DNA of 64,000 nt from a candidate division FCPU426 bacterium (lineage in GTDB: Bacteria > Oederibacteriota > Muellerivitia > Muellerivitales > Muellerivitaceae): the NCBI GenBank assembly GCA_963796105.1, contig CAWCKJ010000004.1, positions 64,001 through 128,000 on the forward strand, in the 5' to 3' direction. Positions 1 through 9,603 of this stretch are shown here, one piece after another. The first letter of the stretch is position 1. Each line of letters opens with the position of its first letter. The notes below the pieces were generated by a model. It saw nothing but the letters and a program-made list of their open reading frames with translations, was not told the DNA's origin and searched no databases. A program made the position numbers and the translations under genes.

Positions 1-110
1 TCCAGAAGCTCACAACCCAGTTCCAGGAGGCCAAAACCCAGTTCCAGAAGCTCACAACCCAGTTCCAGGAGGCCAAAACCCAGTTCCAGAAGCTCACAAC
101 CCAGTTCCAG
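1..110. repeat. Tandem repeat, 21-bp units alternating as a 42-bp dimer (truncated by window start)
   Basis: TCCAGAAGCTCACAACCCAGT (1-21, 43-63, 85-105) alternates with TCCAGGAGGCCAAAACCCAGT (22-42, 64-84). Frame +3 reads QKLTTQF-QEAKTQF heptads, ending at TGA 114-116. Confidence 0.95.
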
Positions 111-125
111 GTATGAGTTCCCCCA

Positions 126-2315
126 TCAATGAACCGGCTTTATTCCTCCGGCTGGTTTGGACCTAGCCGCTAGGGCGTCCAGGTTTCGTAGGTCCCCAGG
201 CGAGGGTTGGAAAAGAGTGTCCCATTTCCCCGCTTGTAGGTAGGCCTCTTTGGCCTCAGCGAAGCGCCCGAGGGCCCCATAGATATACCCCAACCCGTAA
301 TACAAAAAGCCGTCCTGCCCGTCCTGGAGCGCCTTTTGATAGGCCGGAAGGGCCAGGTCATACCGCTTGTTCAGGCAATAGAGATACCCGAGTTTCCCCC
401 AATAGCAAAACCGCAGGAATGGGCTTTCCTGGAAAAGGGGTTCCCGGTCCTTGAGGCGCTGGATGATATCGTCGAAAGACTGCTGGTAGGGGCGGTTGAA
501 CTGAAGGTAATTAATCTCCCTTAAGACCTTATCCGCCTCCCCCCATCCGTCCAGGATCTTCCGGTTTTCTGGAGTAAGGGGAATGATGGCCAGAAGGCTG
601 TTGTCCGATAGAGCGTGCACTTGCTGATTGGGGTTAGAGGTAAATTGGGCGTCGGGAAACCACCCGGACAAAAGGGGCCTGGCCCATTCGTCTGTCATGA
701 TAGCGGCCCAGTTTTCCGGCCCCCGCTCCAAGGCCGGGTTCGCGAGGGTGTTGAAGGGATAGGCCCCCAGGGCCATATAGCAGGGAAACCAGTGACAAGT
801 GAAAAGGGAATATAAAAACCGCCCGGTGTTGTCATATAGGAGGGTGGAGTGGGGCGGGTTGAAGTCCAGGCAAAATTCGGAGTAAACCCGCCCAGGGCCT
901 TTCTCCTGGCTCATCTTCTGGAGGGTTTCGCAAGTCCAAACCGTGGGATTCATTGCCGAATTATTCCGGTCGGCGATAGCCATGCTTTTTTCCAGATTAG
1001 CCCAATCCAGAACGAGGGATAGAAGGAAAAACCCGAGTACGAATGGAACCCTCGCGGAAACTTTTGGGAATCCCTCCCAGAGAACGCCGAAACCAAAGGC
1101 AGTGACGCCGATGAAGATCGGCATCAAGCCCGCCAAGTGGTACCAGTTGGGGTTATGAGAGAGGAACAAAGAAGCCAATTGGATGACGATACCTATGCCC
1201 ACCCATTTCACCAGAGGAACGCTCCGCAACCGGACTAGCTCGACCAGGCCCATAAGAAAAAGACTCCCCAAGACCGGATTCAGGAAACCGCCCCATTGAG
1301 GGTTATAAGCGAAATCCCCGTTGGAACCCGTCCAAAGAAAACTGGTTAAAAACTGAAGTATGAGGCTGTAATTAGCATCGAATAATTTTGGAGATTCGGG
1401 GTGGAGTGTAAAAATGTGCTTAAGATAAAAACCAAAACCCTCTCTCATAGCCGCAATAAATAAAGGGAGTACAAAGAGAACCGCGACAGTCATGCATAGG
1501 ATAAAAAGAACTTTTCCCTTAGTAACAGCTTTTGTATATATCCGCAAAATCGCTGGGATGAACCATAGGACGATCAGGAGCCAGGCGAAATAGGTGTAAA
1601 ACCCAAGACCCAGGCAAAGGCCCAAGAAAGCCATGATCCAAGCGCGGTTCCAGAAAGAACCGGCTTTGTAGAGTTTGGCAAGAAGCCAGAAGGCCAATGC
1701 CTCCCAAAAAACCATAAGAATGGCGTTGGTGGAAAACCGTCCTTGGAAAACCGGCCAAAATCCCGCGCCCAACAAGAGAAGATAGACGAAGGATAGGCCT
1801 CGGGAAAAAACCCCACGGAAAGCCAGGTAATAAAAAACCACGCTGAGGAAGGACAACAGGGCCGGAACCATCCAAAGATCTAGGTTGGAGACACCCTCGA
1901 TCTTGAACACAATAGTCAACAGCCAAATATAGAAAGGGGGCATTTGGGTGTTGTAGTAAAAAAGGTTCCAAGACCATTGGTCTTTCAGGTGGATGGCGTT
2001 GTAAGCGTTGATGACTTCGTCCGGAATGGGAAAGGATAGGTAGGAAGTTAATTTAAAAAGGCGGACTGCCAGGGCCAAACAAAAGGCCAAGACCACCCAC
2101 CAGGACGCCGGTGTGAAAAGTTCCCGCGAAAAAAGGGTTGGTTCCTGGGGCGTATAAGAGGGCCGACTTTTCAGGTAAACCCAAACAAGCGGCCCGAAAC
2201 CTAGGAGCCCCAAGGACAGTTTAATGGGCCAGTCCAAGGAAGAGTAAGCCAGCAGGGCGTTGAGCGCCGTTGTGAGGATAAAGATTACGGATAGCCTGGA
2301 AAAAAGAACTGCCAA
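126..2315 (-). CDS. GT-C fold membrane glycosyltransferase (GT39/PMT_2/ArnT-like) with C-terminal TPR
   Basis: 729 aa, many TM segments, 'PDE' acidic motif after the first TM block, TPR-like C-terminus (YYGLGYIYGALGRFAEAKEAY). TTG start with GGAGG upstream. Paralog of 28143..30275. Confidence 0.75.
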   Translation of the reverse strand: MAVLFSRLSVIFILTTALNALLAYSSLDWPIKLSLGLLGFGPLVWVYLKSRPSYTPQEPTLFSRELFTPASWWVVLAFCLALAVRLFKLTSYLSFPIPDEVINAYNAIHLKDQWSWNLFYYNTQMPPFYIWLLTIVFKIEGVSNLDLWMVPALLSFLSVVFYYLAFRGVFSRGLSFVYLLLLGAGFWPVFQGRFSTNAILMVFWEALAFWLLAKLYKAGSFWNRAWIMAFLGLCLGLGFYTYFAWLLIVLWFIPAILRIYTKAVTKGKVLFILCMTVAVLFVLPLFIAAMREGFGFYLKHIFTLHPESPKLFDANYSLILQFLTSFLWTGSNGDFAYNPQWGGFLNPVLGSLFLMGLVELVRLRSVPLVKWVGIGIVIQLASLFLSHNPNWYHLAGLMPIFIGVTAFGFGVLWEGFPKVSARVPFVLGFFLLSLVLDWANLEKSMAIADRNNSAMNPTVWTCETLQKMSQEKGPGRVYSEFCLDFNPPHSTLLYDNTGRFLYSLFTCHWFPCYMALGAYPFNTLANPALERGPENWAAIMTDEWARPLLSGWFPDAQFTSNPNQQVHALSDNSLLAIIPLTPENRKILDGWGEADKVLREINYLQFNRPYQQSFDDIIQRLKDREPLFQESPFLRFCYWGKLGYLYCLNKRYDLALPAYQKALQDGQDGFLYYGLGYIYGALGRFAEAKEAYLQAGKWDTLFQPSPGDLRNLDALAARSKPAGGIKPVH

Positions 2316-2411
2316 GCATGCCTCCTGGTCTAACAGATATTAAGTCGTTTCCAATCTTGTAAATATATTCTTAATACGTCTATAAAACATTTTTTAGATT
2401 ATAATTCCCAA

Positions 2412-4334
2412 ATGATTTCAAGTTATTCCCCAATTAAACCAGATATATCAAACAGTAAAAATTCACCCGATTTTCGTAATCCCTGGTTTTACACTCTTCT
2501 TTCGTGTTTTATCCTACTCTTACTTTTTGGTGCTCGGCCATTTACTAGTCCGGACCTAGGGTTTCATTTGAAAGAAGGACAGTGGATTCTGGAAAATCAT
2601 CATATTCCTTATATGGATAACCTTACATATACCGTTTCAAACCATCCATACTTGGATATCCACTGGCTTTATCAGGTGTTTACTTTTCTTCTTTTTCAAA
2701 TTGGCGGGTATTCCATCCTCTCTGTTATGAATATTTCACTAATTCTCGTCGTGTTTTTCATCACATTCAAACGTATTCAATGGACAGGTGCACCTTTATG
2801 GATGTGCGTATTATTGTTGGGTGTGGCCATCGTGGCTTCTGAAAACCGGTTCTTATTAAGGCCCGAAATTCCAAGTTGGCTTCTCATGAGTTTGATGCTT
2901 TGGGTTTTGGAAACGAGGGATAACCATAAACGGGATTATCTGTTCCTTCTTCCCTTCATCCAGGTCATTTGGGTTAATAGTGAGGGTCTCTTTGGCATTG
3001 GTTGTGTTTTGATGGCCATATTCATCTTATCCAGTTTTCTGACCGCCGGACCAATTGATAAAAGATTGGTGAAATACTCACTCCTTTCCATGGCATTATG
3101 TCTGGCAAATCCTAACTTCATCCAAGGTGCGTTATATCCTCTCTCTAACATAACCATGCTTGGCACCTCGAACCACTTCAAGCAAAGTATAAACGAACTT
3201 CAATCACCTTGGACCTTAGCAGTATTAAACTCAATAGTCCCGGAATGGACATTATGGGCCTACAAATTATTTTGCATTTCCTTGTTCTTTCTTTTATTAA
3301 TAACTTTTAAAAAAAGGAAAACCAACGAGTTTCTTATTGCAGTTTGCTTTTTCTATCTATCTGCAACTGCCGTACGGAACATTTCCATTTTTATGATTGC
3401 CTGTGTACCCATTACAGCTTCCTGTTGGAAAGAATTAAAGTGGGGGTGGCTCTTGAAATGCCAATCTATCTTTCCCAAACCTTTGACAGCCTGGGTACTC
3501 ACTTTCCTTATCTTGGGGTTATCGGCGAGGGTAGCTACCGGCGCATTTTATGTTTCTGAACGGCGGCCTTACCATTTTGGCCTTGGATTGGACGCGGCGG
3601 TTCCCACCAGAGGTGCTCAATTCCTCGTAAATAACCATTTAGATGGAAAAATCCTAAATTTTATGACAGATGGCGGCTGGCTGGATTGGTTGACCCCCCA
3701 AAAAACGTTTATTGATGGACGTTTGGAAGTGATGGGGGAGGATTTTTTCTCGGAATACACCTCGACTTTTCGGCCGGGTGGGTTAGCGCCGATATTAACC
3801 AAATATGGCATGGATATAATATTTTTCAGTCCTGACAGTTCCCCACCGTGGCTTCTCCAGCTCAAGGATATGCCGGATTGGAGGCCGGTTTATCTGGATG
3901 AGGACACAGTGATTTACCTCAGAAAAGGTTACGCGCCCCAATTGTCCAGCCTTGACGACAGTCGGATTTTGACTGATCAAGGAATATCGCTATCGATGAT
4001 TCAGCAAGGGCCAGAACTCCTGCGGATGCCTACGAGGCCTTTCTGGGATGGTTTTTTAGAAGGATTTTATAAACAAACGCGATATCCCTCGGGGCTCAAT
4101 AACATCGCCGATTATTATTCCTATACTGGACGGTTTGACCTGGCCGAAGCGCTGTATTTAGGAAACATTCAGCACACACAAGGCAAGTATTATGAGTTTT
4201 TTTTCAACCTGGGAGCTATGTATTTCCGTGCTAACCGATTTAATGAAGCAAGGATTTGCATGCAACGGGTTCTCTTGGAAGTGCCCGACTTTTACAACGC
4301 GAAAATGATAATGGAAAATCTTCCGCCGGGTTAA
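2412..4334 (+). CDS. Multi-pass membrane protein, putative GT-C glycosyltransferase with C-terminal TPR
   Basis: 640 aa. 'DLGFHLKEGQWI...WL', 'RPE', 'FIDGR' motifs. Clear paralog of 13942..15870. Confidence 0.7.
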   Translation: MISSYSPIKPDISNSKNSPDFRNPWFYTLLSCFILLLLFGARPFTSPDLGFHLKEGQWILENHHIPYMDNLTYTVSNHPYLDIHWLYQVFTFLLFQIGGYSILSVMNISLILVVFFITFKRIQWTGAPLWMCVLLLGVAIVASENRFLLRPEIPSWLLMSLMLWVLETRDNHKRDYLFLLPFIQVIWVNSEGLFGIGCVLMAIFILSSFLTAGPIDKRLVKYSLLSMALCLANPNFIQGALYPLSNITMLGTSNHFKQSINELQSPWTLAVLNSIVPEWTLWAYKLFCISLFFLLLITFKKRKTNEFLIAVCFFYLSATAVRNISIFMIACVPITASCWKELKWGWLLKCQSIFPKPLTAWVLTFLILGLSARVATGAFYVSERRPYHFGLGLDAAVPTRGAQFLVNNHLDGKILNFMTDGGWLDWLTPQKTFIDGRLEVMGEDFFSEYTSTFRPGGLAPILTKYGMDIIFFSPDSSPPWLLQLKDMPDWRPVYLDEDTVIYLRKGYAPQLSSLDDSRILTDQGISLSMIQQGPELLRMPTRPFWDGFLEGFYKQTRYPSGLNNIADYYSYTGRFDLAEALYLGNIQHTQGKYYEFFFNLGAMYFRANRFNEARICMQRVLLEVPDFYNAKMIMENLPPG

Positions 4335-4385
4335 AGAGATGGGTTTATCTATTAATAAGAATTGATAGCAAGCCTTGTTAGGAAC

Positions 4386-7300
4386 TTAATGGATAACAGC
4401 AATTTTACCTGTAAACTTATGAGAGTTAGTATTTAAAACGTAGATATATATACCACTAGCGACCATCTGGCCCGATTGATTATGAACCGGCCAATTGAGT
4501 GTATTTAATCCTTGTACGCCTTGAAAATCCGCTTTGTAAATCTTCTCCCCCATAAGATTGAATAATTGCAAATGAACCTGTGCTGCGGTTGGCAATGAAA
4601 TATTGAAATGTACTGGCTCCCCATTTTTTGAAATGTTCGGAGCCGTTACTATGGAAATGGTTCCAATAGTGGGGGTGGATGTAACAGTAGGTGTCAGAGT
4701 AGAGCTTGGTTTAGAAATTACTTCGGAAACTCCTAATACTGAATTGGAAGTACCTGTGCCGGTCGCACATGCAAACGTGCGAATACTTTCTGTACTTGCC
4801 ACGTAGAGAACTCCTCCTATTGCCTGTAAAGCCAATGGCGAAATACTATTAATAAGGCAAGGTGATTGTCCAATAGTGGTCATATTTGGTTCACCAAGTA
4901 CAACATCTGCTGGAGGATTGGTAGTTCCAGTAGGTATGTTGTTGTAAACCAAAACTCTTTCATTGACGTTATCTGCGATGAAAAGCTGGCAGTTATTGGC
5001 ACTTACCGCATATGGCATGGCCAAGCCATTAGCCGAAGTATTCAGCGAGTTGGTTGTAAAACTGCTCTGGCCCACAACCCCGTCAGCCGTTACACCCGCG
5101 CTATTCGGAGGCAAAGAATCAATACCAAGACCGGCATTGTTGTAAATCAAAACGCGGTTGTTGTACATATCAGTCACGAAAAGGCTTCCGTTATAGACGC
5201 ATATTCCATAAGGATCGCTTAAGGTTTGGCCTGATGTGCCACTATCAGAACTTGTAAAATCAGGCTGTCCAATTACTTCATTTGCGGGGGCGTTGTTTGT
5301 CACTGGCAACGAGTTGTAAATTAAAACCCTGTTGTTATAGGCATCTGCGATAAACAACCTTTGGCCATCGTAAAAAACTCCCCATGGATCATTTAGGGTA
5401 TTCGGACCTTCAGATCCTCCCTGATTTACCCCATTGTTTGTCATATTAATCTGGCCTATGACCACATTCGCCGAACCGTTGGTGACAGGTAGGTTGTTGA
5501 CGTTCCAATAGATGAGAACACGGTTATTTGCCCGGTCGGCAACGATCAAAGTGGTCCCGTTACTCCAAACTCCTTCGGGATTCGCCAATGTATTAGCGTC
5601 CACTGCGCCACCTTGATTTGAATTGTTGCTCGCAAAGCTAGATTGACCTATTACGATAGTAGCCGCAGGTTGGTTGGAAGAAGGAATGGGGCTGTAAACC
5701 ATGACTCGGTTGTTTTCAGTATCACCAACTATGAGATCATTCCCCGCTTGAAAAACTCCCTCTGGATGAAGCAATGAAGTGGCGCTAAGGGTTTGAGTAA
5801 CACAAGTGGATAAATCAGGCTCCCCAATTTCCCAGCTAGGGTTCTGGTCCGTAGTCAGTAAACAAGGGTTACATGTAGGAGTTATTGTAGGTGTAGATGT
5901 TTGCATTATTGTTGGGGTGTAAGTATTAGTAATTGTTGGAGTAAATGTTGACGTGTTAGTTGGTGTCTTGGTTGGCGTAATTGTTGACGTGTAAGTTTTT
6001 GTAATTGTAGGCGTGTTAGTCTTGGTAGGCGTCCGCGTGAAGGTTGGGGTTTGAGTCAGCGTGGCAGTATGCGATCCAGTGGGAGTAACCGTAGGTGATC
6101 GAGTTGGAGTTCTGGTAATTGTCGGTGTATAGGTTTTTGTGGGTGTTCCCGTGTTAGTGGGGGTGCCAGTTTTAGTTGGTGTTCGAGTAATTGTTGGAGT
6201 GTTAGTTATCGTAGGTGTTTTGGTTCTGGTATTGGTAGGTGTTGGACTCATCGTAATTGTGGGGGTTCTTGTTTTTGTAATTGTAGGAGTATTTGTTGGT
6301 GAAAGAGTTCTCGTTGGGCTTATAGTCCAAGTAGGGGTTTTGGTTGGTGTGCTTGTTATTGTTGGTGTATAGGTCCGAGTGGACGTGAGAGTTATTGTAG
6401 GAGTATTTGTAATCGTGGGGGTTGGGGTAGAGGTGTATGTCGGTGTCATAGTCGAAGTGTCGGTCCAAGAATATGTTGGAGTCGGTGTGGGTGTATTCGA
6501 AGGGGTTGTAGTTGGAGTTGGGGAAGGTGTAATCGTTGGCGTAGGCGTAGGAGTGATCGTGGGCGTGTCGGTGGGTGTAAGAGTTGGCGTATCGGTCAAT
6601 GTAATAGTTGGTGTTGGAGTTGGTGTATCTGTCGGTGTATCCGTTGGAGTTGGAGTAAAGGTGGTGGTTGGCGTATCAGTCGTTGTTGGAGTTTGTGTTG
6701 GTGTATTTGTGGGCGTTGGAGAAGGTGTCAAAGTCATAGTGTTTGAGAATGTAGGGGAAAATGTGGGTGTCGGTGATGAAGTATGTGAAGGCGTCGGTGT
6801 AATCGTCGGCGTAAACGAAGGTGTGGGTGTTGGAGTATTAGTTACAGTCGGAGTCCAAGTTGTCGTTGGGGTAATGGTAAAGGTTGGTGTATTAGTAAAA
6901 GTGGCAGTAGGTGTTGGGGGTGTTGGTGTGGGATAAAAAGTGCAACTGCCTATTAAGCCCTCCTTGAAATGTTCTCTAAAATAAAAACCATAATCTTGAT
7001 ACTGTGCCACGAAACCGTATGTACCCCATACCCATGAAATGGCAGCACCGCTTGATGTGGTTAAATTGAACCCCCAAATACCGCCACTGCCTGAATACAA
7101 ACCTACAGTCCACGTACTATCCTCGACGTAAGAAACTTGAGTCCAATCCGGATACGGGGACGTTGGCGGAGTCGGGGTAGGAGAATAAGTTGCAGGATAG
7201 AAAGGAGCTGGATGAACTTTAGTATTACATCCATCACTCATGATGTCTTGCGCAGATGGGCAGAAAAGACCCGGAGCATATGTGATACGCAAATCCCATG

Positions 7301-7664
7301 TTAATCCGGACAAATCGCCATATTTATCCGTACCATAGACCGCCAGCACATTGTCCCCCGGATAGGAGTTTAAATATCCTAATTGAGTGGCGTTTAACAC
7401 ATAAGTGGTCGTAACCCCATGACAACTCGGGTTGTTATCATTTGGATGGTCGCAGGAAAATATAAATTGACCATTGAGATAAAAATACGCAGCGTCATCC
7501 GCGGCAAAATACAACGTAGCACCAGTGACAGTACACGCCTGGGAATAACAACGTTGAGGAAATTGAAACAAAAATAATATGGACAACAATAAAAATAAAA
7601 TAAAGCTATCACAACCGAATCCCAGTCCTCTATAAATTTTCATCGCAGAATCTTCTTTCCGCAA
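4386..7664 (-). CDS. Secreted surface protein: N-terminal jelly-roll/lectin-like domain, long Thr/Pro stalk, NHL beta-propeller, C-terminal T9SS-CTD/FlgD-like domain
   Basis: Signal-peptide-like N-terminus (start may be ATG 7643). '[11 protein letters not shown]' motif. About 350-aa TPT repeat. NHL repeats ([26 protein letters not shown]). C-terminus '[13 protein letters not shown]...IYIYVL...GKIAVIH'. Confidence 0.85.
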   Translation of the reverse strand: MRKEDSAMKIYRGLGFGCDSFILFLLLSILFLFQFPQRCYSQACTVTGATLYFAADDAAYFYLNGQFIFSCDHPNDNNPSCHGVTTTYVLNATQLGYLNSYPGDNVLAVYGTDKYGDLSGLTWDLRITYAPGLFCPSAQDIMSDGCNTKVHPAPFYPATYSPTPTPPTSPYPDWTQVSYVEDSTWTVGLYSGSGGIWGFNLTTSSGAAISWVWGTYGFVAQYQDYGFYFREHFKEGLIGSCTFYPTPTPPTPTATFTNTPTFTITPTTTWTPTVTNTPTPTPSFTPTITPTPSHTSSPTPTFSPTFSNTMTLTPSPTPTNTPTQTPTTTDTPTTTFTPTPTDTPTDTPTPTPTITLTDTPTLTPTDTPTITPTPTPTITPSPTPTTTPSNTPTPTPTYSWTDTSTMTPTYTSTPTPTITNTPTITLTSTRTYTPTITSTPTKTPTWTISPTRTLSPTNTPTITKTRTPTITMSPTPTNTRTKTPTITNTPTITRTPTKTGTPTNTGTPTKTYTPTITRTPTRSPTVTPTGSHTATLTQTPTFTRTPTKTNTPTITKTYTSTITPTKTPTNTSTFTPTITNTYTPTIMQTSTPTITPTCNPCLLTTDQNPSWEIGEPDLSTCVTQTLSATSLLHPEGVFQAGNDLIVGDTENNRVMVYSPIPSSNQPAATIVIGQSSFASNNSNQGGAVDANTLANPEGVWSNGTTLIVADRANNRVLIYWNVNNLPVTNGSANVVIGQINMTNNGVNQGGSEGPNTLNDPWGVFYDGQRLFIADAYNNRVLIYNSLPVTNNAPANEVIGQPDFTSSDSGTSGQTLSDPYGICVYNGSLFVTDMYNNRVLIYNNAGLGIDSLPPNSAGVTADGVVGQSSFTTNSLNTSANGLAMPYAVSANNCQLFIADNVNERVLVYNNIPTGTTNPPADVVLGEPNMTTIGQSPCLINSISPLALQAIGGVLYVASTESIRTFACATGTGTSNSVLGVSEVISKPSSTLTPTVTSTPTIGTISIVTAPNISKNGEPVHFNISLPTAAQVHLQLFNLMGEKIYKADFQGVQGLNTLNWPVHNQSGQMVASGIYIYVLNTNSHKFTGKIAVIH
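5870..6930 (-). repeat. Coding low-complexity Thr/Pro repeat (approx. TPTxTx hexapeptide period)
   Basis: Continuous [13 protein letters not shown] translation. GT-rich on the + strand. Bounds approximate. Confidence 0.9.
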
Positions 7665-7897
7665 AATATATTCAGATTGATGGGCATATTTTTCACGTAA
7701 ACCAACACGGATGTTATTCTTTTAAAAGAACGGAAACAATAAAATTAACGTAAAAAGCATTCTCGAAAATCAGATTTCTATTTTTGTTGTATTTTTGTCC
7801 GATTTAACGTGTTTTATTACTGTTCACTCGTTAAATCACCGTTCGTGGGATTATCAACAATTTTCAAGGGGAGTATTAAAGAACAACCGGGTCTGAA

Positions 7898-8620
7898 TTA
7901 TTCTACGATCTTATATTTCTTCCTGATTTCCGGCTCGGGAAGGGCGTTGTAATGCCACCATTCATGGGAAAGCTGGAGGAACCCAGCCTCGGTCATGACT
8001 TTTCTTAGGATTAAACGGTTCTCGTATTGTTTTTTGGTTAGCTTTCCCTCTTTTAAGAATTCTTCCTCCATGCGCGGTTCAGATAAATCAGTGAAAGAAT
8101 CAAACCCCGTGCCCATATCCAGTTCTTTCCCTTTCCCGTCCAATAGACTTATATCCAAAGCCATTCCATAGTTGTGGGGTGAGCCAATCTCGGCGTTGGC
8201 CACGTATTTGCGCTGGGGCGTGTCCTTCACCCTGTTCCACATGATCCACTGCACCGAATGGGGCCTGAGAGCATCGAACACGATGAAAGACCAACCCGGT
8301 TTTTGCTTTTCAAGAATTTCAACCGCCTTCCGGAACTTGACCGCTGCGTCATGGTGGAGAAACGCTTTATTAAAAGGCCCATAAAGGTCAAAACCCATGA
8401 AATTATCGGGGGTGGCGTATTTCAAATGGATGACGACATGTTTCAAAGTCGCGAGATTAACGTAATGTTTATCGGCTTCAAGGTTTTTCAAGGAATCCGC
8501 CGGTGATATAGTTTTTAGAGGCTTAGAGTATCTCTGGTTCTTTTGATTCGAGTCGGCAATGACAGGGGAACATAAGAGAGCGAAAGAAAGAATAAAAAGA
8601 AGCCATTTCGTTTTCATCAA
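7898..8620 (-). CDS. ddpX: D-alanyl-D-alanine dipeptidase (M15D, VanX/DdpX family), with signal peptide
   Basis: 'LKYATPDNF', 'DALRP', SxHxxGxAxD zinc motif (SPHNYGMALD), 'EWWHY'. Confidence 0.9.
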   Translation of the reverse strand: MMKTKWLLFILSFALLCSPVIADSNQKNQRYSKPLKTISPADSLKNLEADKHYVNLATLKHVVIHLKYATPDNFMGFDLYGPFNKAFLHHDAAVKFRKAVEILEKQKPGWSFIVFDALRPHSVQWIMWNRVKDTPQRKYVANAEIGSPHNYGMALDISLLDGKGKELDMGTGFDSFTDLSEPRMEEEFLKEGKLTKKQYENRLILRKVMTEAGFLQLSHEWWHYNALPEPEIRKKYKIVE

Positions 8621-8635
8621 AACCTTTCCCGCCTC

Positions 8636-9112
8636 TTAACGCGGGGGTCCATTCACCTGTTCCACCGCCTGGCGGATCACGGGTTTCAAGACATCCAAAG
8701 CGTCCTTGGTGGCGGTAGGAGTTCCCGGCAGATTGATAATCAGTGTCTTTCCGCGGATTCCCGCGGCTCCCCTGGTGAGGGAATTCGTTGGCGTTTTTTC
8801 ATAGGCCTTCACCCGGATGATTTCAGCCAGGCCCGGGATCCATTTCTCACATACCTGGTACATGGCCTCCGGGACATGGTCTTTTTCCAGGATACCAATG
8901 CCATCCACGGTGAAAACCAAATCCACGCTTCCGCTGTCCACCACCTGGCAGAGGTATTGGACCACTTCATCCTGGCTGTCCCCCAAGGTATGCCTTTGAA
9001 CCAGTTCCCAGCCCATCTTCCGGCAGGTGGTATCCAGGATTTCACCGCATTCGTCATTGGCCCCGGAAAGATATCGGTCCCCGACTGTCAGAACGACGAC
9101 TCGAATGGCCAT
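8636..9112 (-). CDS. moaB: Molybdenum cofactor biosynthesis protein, MogA/MoaB family
   Basis: 'VLTVGD', 'D..PEA', 'IPGLAE', 'TRGAAGIRGKTLIINLPG' motifs. AGGAG RBS. Confidence 0.85.
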   Translation of the reverse strand: MAIRVVVLTVGDRYLSGANDECGEILDTTCRKMGWELVQRHTLGDSQDEVVQYLCQVVDSGSVDLVFTVDGIGILEKDHVPEAMYQVCEKWIPGLAEIIRVKAYEKTPTNSLTRGAAGIRGKTLIINLPGTPTATKDALDVLKPVIRQAVEQVNGPPR

Positions 9113-9320
9113 GATGGTTTCTCCTTTGACAAAATCAGGGAATAACTATTTCAATCTGAATCTCTGGGTTATTTTTGCTCTTTCGCACCTGCCATTCAAT
9201 CTTTTTGGAGTATTTAATAAAAGCTTTAACCCCAGCTGTGCTTCGCACAGCACAGAGACACAGTTCAAATTTTTGGCGCAAACATAAAACACAATAACTT
9301 TCACACCTTCCAAAATCGAC

Positions 9321-9420
9321 TCTAGCCACAGATGCATGGGATACATGGAATTTAAAGAACGTAAGTTTAAAACCTTTTTTCTAGAGTCTATCCGAGTGCA
9401 TCCCCTGAATCCGTGCCCGA
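9321..9420. repeat. About 100-bp hairpin element (REP/MITE-like), inverted copy of 55203..55303
   Basis: 9321-9353 reverse-complements to 55271-55303 at 31/33 nt. 9388-9420 reverse-complements to the 55203-55235 arm. Confidence 0.85.
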
Positions 9421-9603
9421 TTATCCATAAAAATATATTGAGATCGGTACTGTACCAGCCTCCTTCAGCTGCCTTATGGTAGGCTGGCACGTAGCAAAGG
9501 AAATGCCCGGTTTTCTTCTTCAACAACGTGTCTAACTCTTTTTACCGAGAACTCCGTGGTCCTCGAAGAGGACCTGTGGTGAAATTGAACCTATTGAATT
9601 TTT

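Noticed and set aside
1..110. CRISPR array
   Set aside because: Units are contiguous and identical with no unique spacers, and no cas genes are present. It is a tandem repeat.
6139..6936. Val/Gly-rich ORFs on the + strand (also 32751..33113, 35250..35573)
   Set aside because: These are antisense shadows of Thr/Pro repeats in real - strand genes.
7898..8620. Vancomycin resistance locus
   Set aside because: No vanH/vanA/vanRS neighbours. Stand-alone VanX/DdpX homologs are common.
9115..9320. Moco riboswitch upstream of moaB
   Set aside because: No recognisable motif. The hairpins there belong to the dispersed repeat family.
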